Below are positions 20,177-32,832 of a stretch of 64,000 nt of DNA, piece after piece. The number at the start of each line of letters is the position of its first letter. The first letter of the stretch is position 1. Both the position numbers and the translations under genes were made by a program. The stretch covers positions 3,159 to 67,158 of the forward strand of contig JACPOY010000004.1 in the NCBI GenBank assembly GCA_016191245.1. The letters are read 5' to 3'. The notes below the pieces were generated by a model that saw only the letters and a list, made by a program, of their open reading frames with translations, was not told the DNA's origin and did not search any database. This stretch comes from Gammaproteobacteria bacterium. GTDB lineage: Bacteria; Pseudomonadota; Gammaproteobacteria; Berkiellales; Berkiellaceae.

Positions 20177-22954
20177 CTATTCAAAATGTGCCAATGCTAC
20201 CTGCGGTAACACTTCTTGCTGCATCATTACAGCATTACATACAGCAACAGGCTGAAAGCTTGAAATGTCCTGTTTGCCTTCGATAATTGAACCACCACCT
20301 TCTTGTAATCCTGGGATCTCATCTGGAGACTGAATCATATCTGCCATTGAAAGTGACGATCCTTTCTTTGTGATATCCTTTACAAAACTTTCCACTTCGG
20401 CTATTTCTTGAGTTGATAAAACCGTTGATGACTTCTTCGTCTCTAATGCTCCATTTGCTACATCTTCACTTTTATGATCAACCATTGATTTCGCAAATTC
20501 TTTAACTACAACTTTTTCTTGCGATATTGGCAAAGATTGTGATGTAGGATCTTCATCTTCCCAATCCGAATCCTCTTCATCTTCTTCTTGATCATCAGCA
20601 ATGCCAACTCGTCTTAATTGCAAGGCGGCTGCCAATGACGATTGAATAGGTTGGGTGTCCACTGGTTTTGATTCAACAGATTGATCATCTCCATCATGAA
20701 CGATGTCTTTTATCACATCTTTATCTGCCATTAAATTTTTTGAAAGTTGATCAACAGCAAATTTGCTATATGATTCGCTTGTATTTAAACCCTCTGTTTT
20801 AGATAGATATTTAGTTTCTTCACTTAATATTGTGCCCATTTCAATTTTTACTTTGTCATACATTTTCACTTGAAGATCATGATCAAACTGAGCTAAGAGC
20901 TTTTCAACAACTGATGCTTCGATAGATTCTTTTAAATTTATTTTATGAACTAGAAGCTCAGCCATATTTTCTGCATAGTATGATTTTGAACTTTTATCTC
21001 CATGACTAGTAAGTTGTTGTTTAATGAGAAGATCAATTTTTTCTAACATTTCTGAAATTTTGCTTTCAATTTTGATAGATTTTTCTGAATCTACTTTAAT
21101 ATCTGCACTTAGGCGAGCATGGTATAATTCTATTGCTGTTTTAATAACAGGAGATTTAGAGCGTACAAGTTCTTGCAAGTCAATCGATAATTTTTCTTGA
21201 AAGGATACGCTATTTAATTTTTGTGAAATAGTTTCACGAATGAGGGCAGTATTTGTAGCAATAAGTGCTTCTTCTTTTTCTTCATTTTCCCAAAAATTAT
21301 CAATATCAGCATCTTCCTCATCGACATGCTTTGCGGAATATTTACCACCTTCAGTTCTGGCTGATACATTTTCCATAGCTTTGAAAAGCAAATTTTTCAC
21401 TCCATCCCCACTATCTTTGCCTTTCTCTGCACTATGCTTTTCTACTGTTACCCGCTTAAGCTGTTTAGCACCCGTTACAAATTCATTCGCAGAAATAGCA
21501 AAAACTGTCTTTGTTGCTTTTGGTTCTTGCTTTTTTGACGTTTCACCGGTTGCTGTTTCAACAGGGGCCCATGTTTTAGTAACTTTTGTTGATACTGGTA
21601 GTGGCGGTGGTAATGGAGGAGGCGTAAATGACGTCACATCATTTGATTGTTCATTAATTATTTCAGATACAAAAGCATCAACTGCCTGCTTTTCCTCAAC
21701 AGTTAAGCTTTCCCTCGTGTTTGATTCATCCTCTACCAATTCCGATACAAAGGTTTCGACTTCAGTTTGCTGTTGTGTGCTTTCTGGTGTTTCTTCAACT
21801 GATTCTTTAGTTGCTTTTTCTTGGATAAGTTGTTTTTGCTTAGCAAATTGCTCTGCAGAAATGGCAAATTTCGGCCTTTGAGGGATGACGGCCTCTATCT
21901 GCGGAGCTTCAACCTTAGATTTATCCTCTACCAATTCCGATACAAAGGTTTCGACTTCAGCTTGCTGTTGTGTGCTTTCTGGTATTTCTTCAACTGATTC
22001 CTTGCTTGCTTTTTCTTGGATAAGTTGTTTTTGCTTAGCAAATTGCTCTGCAGAAATGGCAAATTTCGGTCTTGGCTGTGCTACCGGCACCACTGGAGAC
22101 AGAATAGCAGGCTCAACTGAAATCTTATCTTCGTGCGTTATTTCCATGGAAGCTGACATCTTTCCATGCTTATGATTCATTTGTGGTGCTTCACGAGGAT
22201 CTATGCCTCGCAACAAATATACTGTATCTGACTGGAACGGACCCCGGTCAGGATGAACATTAAATACTTTATAAGGTAATCTTGCTTTTTCTTGTGCAAC
22301 CACATTTTCTGCAGCAGGTATTACAACGAGAGGGAATATAGGCTTATCATTTTGTACTACAGGCACTACCTCTTCAACAATCGGTGCTACCTCTTCAACA
22401 ATCGGTGCCACCTCTTCAATAATCGGTGCCACCTCTTCAATAATCGCGACTATCTCAGGGATTTTTGGCGCATCATCAAAAATAACTTGTTTTTCTTGGG
22501 AAACTTTCCAAGCAGTAATATTTACATCATCACTTTGATATGGCTGGAAAGTGAAAATATCTGCATCCAATTCAAATTTTTCATGTACATCGGAAAAACT
22601 AAACCCATCATATGTATATGTAGTGGGAGCGAATTCAAAAAATTTAACTTGAGAATTTACATGATCAATTTGAACAATTTCTAATCTTCTAAAAGTATTC
22701 CCTAATTCACCCGCCATATCATTAGACTCTGTAGAATCTAATTCCATGAGTTCATTGAGCAATTTGGCATCACTTTGCTCTTCATTTACGAGCGGAAGAT
22801 CTTTTAAAATCTCTGGAATTTCATACTGATTTACATTTTGTTTATGATCATCTTTAAACAGACTCTTCACTTCATTCCATACTTGTGAAAAATCGTGTAT
22901 ATCACCAAAATTGCTAAATTTTACAAATAAATCATGTAGTTCTTGCGCACTCAT
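20177..22954 (-). CDS. Orphan acidic protein (~925 aa) with polyproline, WH2-like and two central/acidic-Trp motifs
   Basis: Start taken at MSAQEL (ORF track extends to 23083); PPPLPPPLP, NEFVTGAKQLKRVT, DEEDADIDNFWENEE, LAAALQLRRVGIADDQEEDEEDSDWEDED. Confidence 0.8.
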   Translation of the reverse strand: MSAQELHDLFVKFSNFGDIHDFSQVWNEVKSLFKDDHKQNVNQYEIPEILKDLPLVNEEQSDAKLLNELMELDSTESNDMAGELGNTFRRLEIVQIDHVNSQVKFFEFAPTTYTYDGFSFSDVHEKFELDADIFTFQPYQSDDVNITAWKVSQEKQVIFDDAPKIPEIVAIIEEVAPIIEEVAPIVEEVAPIVEEVVPVVQNDKPIFPLVVIPAAENVVAQEKARLPYKVFNVHPDRGPFQSDTVYLLRGIDPREAPQMNHKHGKMSASMEITHEDKISVEPAILSPVVPVAQPRPKFAISAEQFAKQKQLIQEKASKESVEEIPESTQQQAEVETFVSELVEDKSKVEAPQIEAVIPQRPKFAISAEQFAKQKQLIQEKATKESVEETPESTQQQTEVETFVSELVEDESNTRESLTVEEKQAVDAFVSEIINEQSNDVTSFTPPPLPPPLPVSTKVTKTWAPVETATGETSKKQEPKATKTVFAISANEFVTGAKQLKRVTVEKHSAEKGKDSGDGVKNLLFKAMENVSARTEGGKYSAKHVDEEDADIDNFWENEEKEEALIATNTALIRETISQKLNSVSFQEKLSIDLQELVRSKSPVIKTAIELYHARLSADIKVDSEKSIKIESKISEMLEKIDLLIKQQLTSHGDKSSKSYYAENMAELLVHKINLKESIEASVVEKLLAQFDHDLQVKMYDKVKIEMGTILSEETKYLSKTEGLNTSESYSKFAVDQLSKNLMADKDVIKDIVHDGDDQSVESKPVDTQPIQSSLAAALQLRRVGIADDQEEDEEDSDWEDEDPTSQSLPISQEKVVVKEFAKSMVDHKSEDVANGALETKKSSTVLSTQEIAEVESFVKDITKKGSSLSMADMIQSPDEIPGLQEGGGSIIEGKQDISSFQPVAVCNAVMMQQEVLPQVALAHFE
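21729..22070. repeat. ~147-bp near-perfect duplication (period 195 bp) inside the 925-aa orphan
   Basis: Two copies encoding RPKFAISAEQFAKQKQLIQEKAxKESVEExPESTQQQxEVETFVSELVED. Confidence 0.92.
22366..22447. repeat. 21-bp tandem repeat (~4 units) encoding EEVAPI(I/V)
   Basis: CCTCTTCAA(C/T)AATCGGTGC(T/C)A units. Confidence 0.9.
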
Positions 22955-23129
22955 TGTCAAATTGCCCCAAAATAATAAATTTAAACTTTGGAACAATCTA
23001 ACAGTTAAGTTAATTTTATAACATATAAAATAGTATGATTTGCGACCGAACAACAACAAAGTCAGACAAATGGATAAATTCAACCTCTAGAAATGTACTT
23101 AGCGACGATGAAGTTTCATTCACTTATTT

Positions 23130-25966
<2,837 letters not shown>

Positions 25967-25982
25967 GGTATCTCCCTTGTTC

Positions 25983-28900
25983 TTATGCCTTGGCCATTGA
26001 TTTAGCATCTTCAATATCTACGGTGACTAATCGAGATACACCAGGTTCTCGCATAGTCACACCCTGTAGTTGATGCGCCATTTCTATCGCCAGTTTATTG
26101 TGACTGACATATATAAATTGAATTGTTTTTGACATCTCTTTTACTAAATCACAAAAACGACCTACGTTATTATCGTCTAGTGGAGCGTCAACTTCATCTA
26201 ACATACAAAAAGGTGCTGGATTCAGTTGAAAAATTGCAAACACTAAAGCAACCGCTGTAAGCGCTTTTTCGCCACCAGACAATTGCTGAATTGTACTATT
26301 TTTCTTACCTGGGGGTCTGGCGATTAAAGTAATTCCTGTATCAAGTAAATCTTCACCTGTCATAATCAAATTTGCTTGACCGCCCCCAAACAAACGTGGA
26401 AACAACTTAGTAAAGCCATCACTCACTTTGTCAAAAGTTTCTTGGAATTTTGCCCGTGTTTCACGATCAATTTTCTTAATAGCGTTTTCTAAAGTCGTCA
26501 ATGCTTCAGTGAGATCATTGCATTGGTTGTCTAAGTATTCTTTACGTTGTTTGGCAGCTTCAAATTCTTCAATTGCTGCTAAATTGATGGCGCCGAGGCG
26601 TTGTATTTTTTGATCTAAATCTTGTAGATTCTGTGCCCACATGTCTTCATCAGCATCAGGAGGCATTGTTTCAAGTAAATGCTCTAGAGTGAACTCTGTA
26701 CTTTTAAGCTTTTCAAGAGCACTTTCTGCTCTGACTTGTAACGCTTGCCAAAGCATTTTAGTTTGCTCTAGAGATTCACGAACATTAACGATTTTATGCT
26801 CAAGAGAATTTAATTTTTGTTCTATTTCACGAAGTAAGTTATCGATAGAAGAAACGTTATCACGCGCATGGTTGAGTTCGTTTTCAATCAAGATTCGCTT
26901 TTCTAAATTTACTTCTAATTCTTCTCTCAACGATACAATAGGTTCTTCGTTCTTCGATAACGCTAACGTAATATTCGACACTCGCAATTCGGCACTTTCA
27001 ATTTGCTTGCTAAATCTTTCAACGTTTGTATTAAGTGAATTCACTTGCGTTTGATATGTTTGCAATGACATTGAGATCGTTTGAGCTTTAGTCGCAGTAT
27101 CTTTCATCTTGGTTCGTGCATTTTGTAATGCATCTTGTAATGATTGTTTTTGTTGACTCAATGTTTCTTGTAATTCAGTCAATCTAGACATCTCATTCAA
27201 TGCTTGATGCAAATTACTTCTTGAGCTTGACACTTCAGCAAGAGCAGATTGAATAGCTTCTTTACATTCAGACTCGTCTTTTTGAATTTGCAAATGGCGT
27301 TTTTGGTTTTGTTCAATACGATTTAACTTAATTCGACGTTCACTTTGCAACGTAATAATTTCTTGCTGATATTTATTTTTCTCTTGGTTTTTTGCATCTT
27401 TATCTAATTCAAAAGTTTTTAAACTTTCTTCACATTCATCCAATGTAAATTGCAGTTGTTCTAGCTTTTCTTGATTGAGAACAATTTGCTGATTAACATT
27501 TTTAAGTTTTTCTTCTCGCTGTAATACACCACTTTGATTATCCTTTTGAGGCGCACTCTTTCTTACCCAACCATGCCCCATCCAACAACCAGATTGTGTA
27601 ATCACCGATTCATGTTTTGCTAAGGTTGGCAGTAAAGCAATGGCATCTTCTAAGGTTTGACAGACGCTTACACTGTTGAGTAACTGATAAAGGGATTCTG
27701 GCAAAGATTGGTTTAACTTTATACAACCCATCAGACGATCACTAGAAATTGGCAAATCGTCCATATTCATAGATTGCCATTCAACTAAACTGATCCCCGT
27801 ATTTTGCAAAGCATTTAATTCAAGCGTCAAGCTTGAAAGACGCCCCTCTTCAATACCAATTGCTTCTAAAAATCCTTCTAAAACAGTTTCAACAGCAACT
27901 TCCCAGCCTGTTAAAACTTCAATATTTTCAGCCAAATATTTATTATTCAATAAGCCTTGTGATTCAACCCACGCTTTTCTTGAACCCTCATCTTTACCTA
28001 AGGCCGATGATTGTAATGCAATCAATGCAGCTTGTTGCCCTTGCTGTTCATTCAAACTTTGTTGCAATGCTTTAATTTGAGGACGCAGAGAACTGGCGGT
28101 TACAGCAGCATCTTCTTTTTGTTTAATGGCTGCCTCAAGCTGTGCTAAAACTGTATCCAACTGATCCTGACATACCAATATTTTTTCATCTATTGCTTCA
28201 AGTTCATGGGTTTCATTAGGAGGTAAATCTTTACTTTCAGCTTCCAAACGACGAAGACGTTCTTGTGTTTGTTGGATTTGTCTTTCCATTTGCGTGATTT
28301 TTGCTTTTTCAGTATCAGCAAGCCGTGTAGGGGAAAGTGCCTCTTGCTGAGCCTGTGCAGTCTTTTCGCGCCATTCTTCTAAAGCAAATTCTGCTTGTTG
28401 TTGGACTTCAGTTGCAATAGCAGCTTCTTGTTCAGCTATTTCATGCTCTGGCTGCAATTTAACAATGAGTTCCTGTAAATTCAGAATATTTTCTTTGTCT
28501 TGTTCAAGTTGTGATTGCGCTGTTAACAGCGTTTGCTCAGCATCCAATTTGTCTTGAAGTAACTGTTGATGACGTTCATGATGATGTTGGATAGCTTGTT
28601 CAATTTTAGCTATCTCACCACCTACTCCGTAATAACGTTTTTGAACTTCATTTAATTCGTCGTTTGCGTCTGTTTGAGCAACTCTTTGTTTTTCTTGTTC
28701 TGTTTTCAAATGCTGCGAATTTGATTGTTCTTCTTCTAACTTTGTTGTTAACTCTCGTATCTTCGCATCATTTTCTTGGATTTGTGCATGTAATCTTCGC
28801 CATGCTAAGGCTGCTAACTGAGCACTTAATACACTTTCCTCAGCTTTTAATGTTTTATAACGTTCTGCTGCTTGAGATTGTCTTTGCAAACGTTGAAGCT

Positions 28901-29510
28901 GACTATCTAATTCACCGCGAATATCATTAATTCTTGATAGGTTATCAAGCGTATGTTGAATTCGATTTTCAGTTTCTTTGCGTCGTTCTTTGTATTTGGA
29001 GATCCCTGCCGCTTCTTCCAGAAAATTTCTTAAGTCTTCTGGTTTTGCTTCAATAACGCGTGTAATCATTCCTTGTTCGATAATTGCATAACTACGAGGA
29101 CCTAAACCCGTCCCTAAAAATATATCGGTAATATCACGACGACGGCAACGTTGACCATTTAAAAAATAATTTGATTGTCCATCTCTGGTAACTTGTCGCT
29201 TAATTCCAATTTCAGCATACGAAGCATATTCGCCACCAATTTTACCATCTGTGTTATCGAATAATAATTCGACAGTAGCCTGTCCAACTGGTTTGCGTGC
29301 TGAGGAGCCGCTGAAGATAACATCGGTTAAAGAGCCACCCCGTAAGTGCTTTGCAGAGGATTCACCCATCACCCAGCGAACAGCGTCGATGACATTTGAC
29401 TTACCACAACCATTAGGTCCTGCAACTGCAGTCAAATTACTGAGAAGGTTAATGGTTGTTGGATCAACAAATGATTTAAAACCAGCTAGTTTAATTTTAT
29501 TTAGTCTCAT
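25983..29510 (-). CDS. smc: Chromosome segregation protein SMC
   Basis: GPNGCGKSN, long coiled coils, LSGGEKAL, LDEVDAPLDD. Confidence 0.98.
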   Translation of the reverse strand: MRLNKIKLAGFKSFVDPTTINLLSNLTAVAGPNGCGKSNVIDAVRWVMGESSAKHLRGGSLTDVIFSGSSARKPVGQATVELLFDNTDGKIGGEYASYAEIGIKRQVTRDGQSNYFLNGQRCRRRDITDIFLGTGLGPRSYAIIEQGMITRVIEAKPEDLRNFLEEAAGISKYKERRKETENRIQHTLDNLSRINDIRGELDSQLQRLQRQSQAAERYKTLKAEESVLSAQLAALAWRRLHAQIQENDAKIRELTTKLEEEQSNSQHLKTEQEKQRVAQTDANDELNEVQKRYYGVGGEIAKIEQAIQHHHERHQQLLQDKLDAEQTLLTAQSQLEQDKENILNLQELIVKLQPEHEIAEQEAAIATEVQQQAEFALEEWREKTAQAQQEALSPTRLADTEKAKITQMERQIQQTQERLRRLEAESKDLPPNETHELEAIDEKILVCQDQLDTVLAQLEAAIKQKEDAAVTASSLRPQIKALQQSLNEQQGQQAALIALQSSALGKDEGSRKAWVESQGLLNNKYLAENIEVLTGWEVAVETVLEGFLEAIGIEEGRLSSLTLELNALQNTGISLVEWQSMNMDDLPISSDRLMGCIKLNQSLPESLYQLLNSVSVCQTLEDAIALLPTLAKHESVITQSGCWMGHGWVRKSAPQKDNQSGVLQREEKLKNVNQQIVLNQEKLEQLQFTLDECEESLKTFELDKDAKNQEKNKYQQEIITLQSERRIKLNRIEQNQKRHLQIQKDESECKEAIQSALAEVSSSRSNLHQALNEMSRLTELQETLSQQKQSLQDALQNARTKMKDTATKAQTISMSLQTYQTQVNSLNTNVERFSKQIESAELRVSNITLALSKNEEPIVSLREELEVNLEKRILIENELNHARDNVSSIDNLLREIEQKLNSLEHKIVNVRESLEQTKMLWQALQVRAESALEKLKSTEFTLEHLLETMPPDADEDMWAQNLQDLDQKIQRLGAINLAAIEEFEAAKQRKEYLDNQCNDLTEALTTLENAIKKIDRETRAKFQETFDKVSDGFTKLFPRLFGGGQANLIMTGEDLLDTGITLIARPPGKKNSTIQQLSGGEKALTAVALVFAIFQLNPAPFCMLDEVDAPLDDNNVGRFCDLVKEMSKTIQFIYVSHNKLAIEMAHQLQGVTMREPGVSRLVTVDIEDAKSMAKA

Positions 29511-29613
29511 TGTCGTAACTTTCCAATCCCAAAGGGCATAAAATTGAGGCTAGCTCCAGTGCTTCATACCATGTAAACTAATTTTTAAGGATTCATTATA
29601 ACATGGTTACGAT

Positions 29614-30045
29614 ATGAGTCAGGATGCAACAAACGATCACTTAAAGATACTCCTAGTCGAAAACAGTCGCACTGCTCGCCTCTTATTAACCCGGCTACTT
29701 CAACATGAAGGCTATTTTGTTGAATCCGTCAGCTCGGGGGTCGAGGCCGTTGAGGCTATTTTACATTCAGATTATCACCTTGTAATCATGGATATTTTTT
29801 TACCGCAAATGAATGGCTATGAAGCTGCCCAACATATTCGGTCTCTCGAAAGTGATAAATCTAACATACCTCTAATCGCATTTACATCTAGTACAGATGA
29901 AAAAGACAAAAAAACCTGCTTAGAAGCCGGTATGAATGAATATGTCATCAAGTCTGATGACAATGAATCACTCCTTTTGGTGTTAGCTAGCTATCAAAAT
30001 AAAATTTTTAATGGAAATGATGCTTCCAACAAAAAAGTTTCATAA
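29614..30045 (+). CDS. Single-domain response regulator
   Basis: ILLVEN, VIMDIFLPQMNG (phospho-Asp), FTSS, conserved Lys; no output domain. Confidence 0.9.
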   Translation: MSQDATNDHLKILLVENSRTARLLLTRLLQHEGYFVESVSSGVEAVEAILHSDYHLVIMDIFLPQMNGYEAAQHIRSLESDKSNIPLIAFTSSTDEKDKKTCLEAGMNEYVIKSDDNESLLLVLASYQNKIFNGNDASNKKVS

Positions 30046-30088
30046 GTTTAATTTGTAAGGGACAGCCAATGTGGCGGCCCAAACATAT

Positions 30089-30120
30089 CCCTACCCCTCT
30101 CCCGTAAACGGTAGAGGGGT
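30089..30120. repeat. BoxC-like GC-rich palindromic repeat, copy 1
   Basis: CCCCTCTCCCGTAAACGGTAGAGGGG between convergent genes. Confidence 0.65.
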
Positions 30121-30147
30121 TCGGAAAAGAAGATTTTATTTAAAAAT

Positions 30148-32385
30148 TTACTCAGATATTTCTGCAACCCTTTCTTTCTCAACTGCAAACAATCTTTTCG
30201 CTAAGTTACCTGAGGGGCTATGCATTTTCGAATCGAAAATGCCAAGATCGCCTACTATCCAAAGATTATTTTTGGCGCGAGTTATGATGGCATACAGTAA
30301 ATGATCGCCTTGATCAAAAATAAATGGTCTTTGATCTTTTGAGGTATAAACCGGTGAGAACACTACATTTTGCCATTGCTTATCAGGCAACTCACAGCAT
30401 GTCATTACATCACAAGTTAAAGATTTAGCTTGGAGTTGTTGTTCTATCAATTCTTTTTGCGAAGGGAAAGGTGTCACAATCAGCGTATTATGTAAAGCTG
30501 TAATTAATGGACCAGTTACTAACCAATTCACAATAGCCGTTGCTTCATCTTGATTAATTAATGCATTACCTTTAGGTTCACTTGCTCCACCGACTTGAAG
30601 ACAATGATAGTGCAGTGGCTGATGATCATTTTCTGAGAGTGATAAATTAGCAGAATTTATACCGTGCTCTAAAAGCTGTTGATAGGAACTATTAGATAAA
30701 GCCACACTAAAAGCATTCCCCGTGCTTGCTAACATGCCTTTATATTGCAACTGTTCAATGCATTCTTCATCATCAAAACCATATGCTTTTAAATCCCATT
30801 CTTCTGGCATCGCACTCATCACAGCAAAGGCGGTAATATCTTGATTATCACCTAAAAATATTGCTCTTTTGACATCACCTAATAGTGGCAATATTTCTTG
30901 CGGTAATAATCGATTCGCATTATCAACGATTAATAAATCTGCATCCAAGATTTTATCTGTTTTTTGCCAAAACCCTGGTTTAGTTGCAATCAATGCATAC
31001 AATTTTTGTCCAAAATGCGATTGAAGATGAGCAATATCACTTAATAAATCTTGAGATTGATAACCTGCAGCAGTATTATCTTTTAACCATGTTACCCATC
31101 GCTCTTTTATACCTTTTACTCTAGCTGTCATTTCAACGCTTTCAACGAGCTCTTGATGAATTTTAGTTCTCTTTACTTTTAAGTAGCGCATTTTCTCAAT
31201 GATGAGTCTTCCCACGCTCTCCTTGTCGATCAAATTTTCCTCACCCAAGGCTTGGGTGAAATATTGCAAATCCTGAATGTTGAGTTTTGGGCTTGGAAGA
31301 AACCAAGACCAAAATGAACGTCTGGTAGTTTTTTTAATAAATTCAGCTTGAAGGCTCTGCAAAGCCCCAAGTTGTTCTTCATATTCTTCATCTTGAAGTT
31401 GTAAATCTAGAATATCACTTTGGGTTTCATCAATATCGATATCATCTTCTTCGATAGTTTCCTGCAAAATTGATAATTCAGATGCTAGTTTTAAACCTTG
31501 TAGATAGATGTCATAACAAGCTTGCAAGGAATTGCCTTGATCGATGTTTACTTCAAAATGATATTTATAAAGCTCTGATTGATTGAAGGAAACAATTGAA
31601 GGAATGGTTTGATTCTTTAAAGCAGCATTCACCTCAAAACTTGCAAGCACTGTCGATAACCATTTTTCTTTGTCTGATCCAATTGGTGCTTTAATAGCTA
31701 TTAATTCACCTTCTGCGAGCAATAAGGCATGAACAGCTGAGATCAATTCTTGTCCAGTTAATGGACGAACACCAGATAACTGACCACAAAGTAGTTTTGT
31801 ATTTTCATAAAGTTCTGAATTCGTCAATTGTGGTTTACATTCACTTTCGTCATAACTTGCGTAAGATTCGAGCAGTTTTGTTTGCTGACATTTTTCAGGT
31901 TTTTGTTCAATAACAATAACTTGATCTAATAAAGTGAAACCCAATTCCTTTATTCGCTCTTGCCATGTTTTATCGCTTAAGTTATCAAGCAATTTTTTGC
32001 AGGACTTTAAAACTTTGGCCCAGGTATCAAATGCTAGCGTGTTTTCTTCTGTTAACCACTCAAAGCGGCACCAATCATCAAAACTATGTAGTTGTTCACT
32101 AAAAGGGCTTTGGCCAAGAAGTGCCTCAAAATGAATCGGCGGCATCCATGGTAATTGATTGTCAGAACATGGGATCCATAATGGGATCCAATATTCTTCT
32201 TCGTTTTCTTTTTTGCCAACAAAGGGAGCGACCCACTGGTTGGATGAACTTTGTGGGAACGATACTTCTTTACTGTTGATAAACTGAAAGTTGTACTGCT
32301 TTGGGATAGATAGTTTATTTAAAGCACTACGCCATAGATTATGATGCCAATAAGTTAAAATGGCTGCCGACGAAGGAGTGGACAT
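30148..32385 (-). CDS. Degenerate superfamily-1 (UPF1/DNA2-like) helicase homolog
   Basis: Motif positions recognisable but altered: KAPIGSDKE, IVDNANR, GDNQDI, TPFPSQ, TRAKNNLWIVGD. Confidence 0.7.
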   Translation of the reverse strand: MSTPSSAAILTYWHHNLWRSALNKLSIPKQYNFQFINSKEVSFPQSSSNQWVAPFVGKKENEEEYWIPLWIPCSDNQLPWMPPIHFEALLGQSPFSEQLHSFDDWCRFEWLTEENTLAFDTWAKVLKSCKKLLDNLSDKTWQERIKELGFTLLDQVIVIEQKPEKCQQTKLLESYASYDESECKPQLTNSELYENTKLLCGQLSGVRPLTGQELISAVHALLLAEGELIAIKAPIGSDKEKWLSTVLASFEVNAALKNQTIPSIVSFNQSELYKYHFEVNIDQGNSLQACYDIYLQGLKLASELSILQETIEEDDIDIDETQSDILDLQLQDEEYEEQLGALQSLQAEFIKKTTRRSFWSWFLPSPKLNIQDLQYFTQALGEENLIDKESVGRLIIEKMRYLKVKRTKIHQELVESVEMTARVKGIKERWVTWLKDNTAAGYQSQDLLSDIAHLQSHFGQKLYALIATKPGFWQKTDKILDADLLIVDNANRLLPQEILPLLGDVKRAIFLGDNQDITAFAVMSAMPEEWDLKAYGFDDEECIEQLQYKGMLASTGNAFSVALSNSSYQQLLEHGINSANLSLSENDHQPLHYHCLQVGGASEPKGNALINQDEATAIVNWLVTGPLITALHNTLIVTPFPSQKELIEQQLQAKSLTCDVMTCCELPDKQWQNVVFSPVYTSKDQRPFIFDQGDHLLYAIITRAKNNLWIVGDLGIFDSKMHSPSGNLAKRLFAVEKERVAEISE

Positions 32386-32450
32386 GGTTATTGATAAGCC
32401 TTATTCCATTGAAGCTGAGATAAGCTTACCAAAAATTAGGCTCTATAGAT

Positions 32451-32487
32451 AAAAAAACCGCTTGATGTTGCCATCAAGCGGTTTTTA
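32451..32487. terminator. Intrinsic terminator, possibly bidirectional
   Basis: AAAAAAACCGCTTGATG-TTGC-CATCAAGCGGTTTTT. Confidence 0.9.
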
Positions 32488-32508
32488 TTGTGAGGTTTTA
32501 AGGAAAGC

Positions 32509-32832
32509 TTAGATTCCTGGTCTCATCCGTGGGATGTAATCTAAGTCATCCCTTTTCTTAGGCTGAGGATAAGGGACATCTGGACCATGTGGCCTTGCTG
32601 CCCTACCATTTTGTGGAGCGAACTCATTTGAAAGACCATTGCTCATTTCTGGGTTCATTTGATGAACATTTCCAGAAATGTAGTCACCATGCTTAACAAC
32701 GTTAAAGCGAGTAGCTTCGGATGTATTGCGACCTGTTAAAGCGTTATAGCCAAGAGTATCTAATGCATCGAAGTCACTATATCTTTGGCATACGCCAGCA
32801 CTTCTTAAAGGACCTTTTACGCTCATATACAC
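32509..32832 (-). CDS. Hypothetical protein (105-107 aa)
   Basis: ORF followed by the terminator; start at GTG 32832 or ATG 32826; weak RBS. Confidence 0.6.
   Translation of the reverse strand: MYMSVKGPLRSAGVCQRYSDFDALDTLGYNALTGRNTSEATRFNVVKHGDYISGNVHQMNPEMSNGLSNEFAPQNGRAARPHGPDVPYPQPKKRDDLDYIPRMRPGI

Noticed and set aside
21240-22684. Plus-strand ORFs (213, 96 and 130 aa) with repeats
   Set aside because: Antisense to the 925-aa orphan; their repeats mirror its duplications
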